Of a stretch of DNA of 64,000 bases, positions 63,858 to 64,000 are shown one piece after another. Source of the stretch: Candidatus Kaiserbacteria bacterium (GTDB taxonomy: Bacteria > Patescibacteriota > Minisyncoccia > Phycocordibacterales > Phycocordibacteraceae); assembly GCA_963699165.1 (NCBI GenBank), contig OY969413.1, forward strand, positions 276,562-340,561, given 5' to 3'. How positions within the stretch are numbered: position 1 is the stretch's first letter; every line of letters begins with the position of its first letter. The position numbers and the translations under genes are program-made. The notes beneath the pieces were generated by a model. The model searched no databases. It was not told where the DNA came from and saw only the letters and a program-made list of their open reading frames with translations.

Positions 63858-64000
63858 AGGGACAGTATATCAAACGCAAGAGAGCGAGCGGGATGTTTGG
63901 GAGAAGTGAGCCGAGTACGACGAAGGAGCGGAAACTGCAGGAAAAATGAGTCTCGCAGGCGATGCATCATCGCACTGTCGAGTGCCGACGAACCGAGAGG

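Overview
The window is a bacterial chromosomal segment of about 50-55% GC with a mix of housekeeping and accessory content. Short AlaRS and AtpC, many small membrane or secreted hypotheticals and peptidoglycan-binding surface proteins suggest a Patescibacteria/CPR-like lineage; this is inference only.

Core genes recognised: alaS (short form), an M13 peptidase, a DNA-repair/nuclease operon (ung, ogt, a Cas4-like Fe-S nuclease and an ATP-cone fused to an Mrr-like endonuclease domain) upstream of mnmA and mltG, leuS, ychF, and a complete F-type ATP synthase operon in the order atpB, atpE, atpF, atpH, atpA, a deaminase gene, atpG, atpD, atpC. Further along are mscL, a SWIB-domain protein, a GT2 glycosyltransferase, very large surface proteins (a beta-helix/lipase protein, a GH26-like hydrolase with a PG-binding domain, and a 1434-aa protein with CBM-like repeats and a NodB deacetylase domain), an HtrA-like protease, ddl, and six minus-strand tRNAs (three Ala isoacceptors, two Pro, one Val).

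Mobile DNA is abundant. An IS1595-family element with a 9-bp target-site duplication splits a C39-like peptidase gene. An IS1-family element (1050 bp) has an 8-bp duplication and a transposase lacking an in-frame ATG. A 931-bp IS481-family element is present in two copies differing by two SNPs (7- and 8-bp duplications), one inserted exactly at the atpC stop codon. A 1080-bp rve-type IS is also present in two copies (5-bp duplications). An IS30-family transposase has a frameshifted N-terminus.

Other non-coding structure: 148-bp tandem repeats each carrying a copy of the tRNA-Pro 3' end, a 5'-half duplicate of tRNA-Val, degenerate tandem repeats beside tRNA-Ala(TGC), a family of related palindromic hairpin elements, identical 18-bp palindromes flanking a YerC/TrpR-like regulator, and a 51-bp direct repeat of the alaS 5' end flanking a 1.6-kb segment. 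No CRISPR array or rRNA was seen.

The most interesting candidate system is the tightly packed operon ATP-cone/Mrr-like nuclease, Cas4-like nuclease, Ogt, Ung. A secondary candidate is a tRNA- and IS-adjacent AT-rich islet encoding a small protein plus an ART-fold (YHGT-motif, Tpt1/diphtheria-toxin-like) protein.
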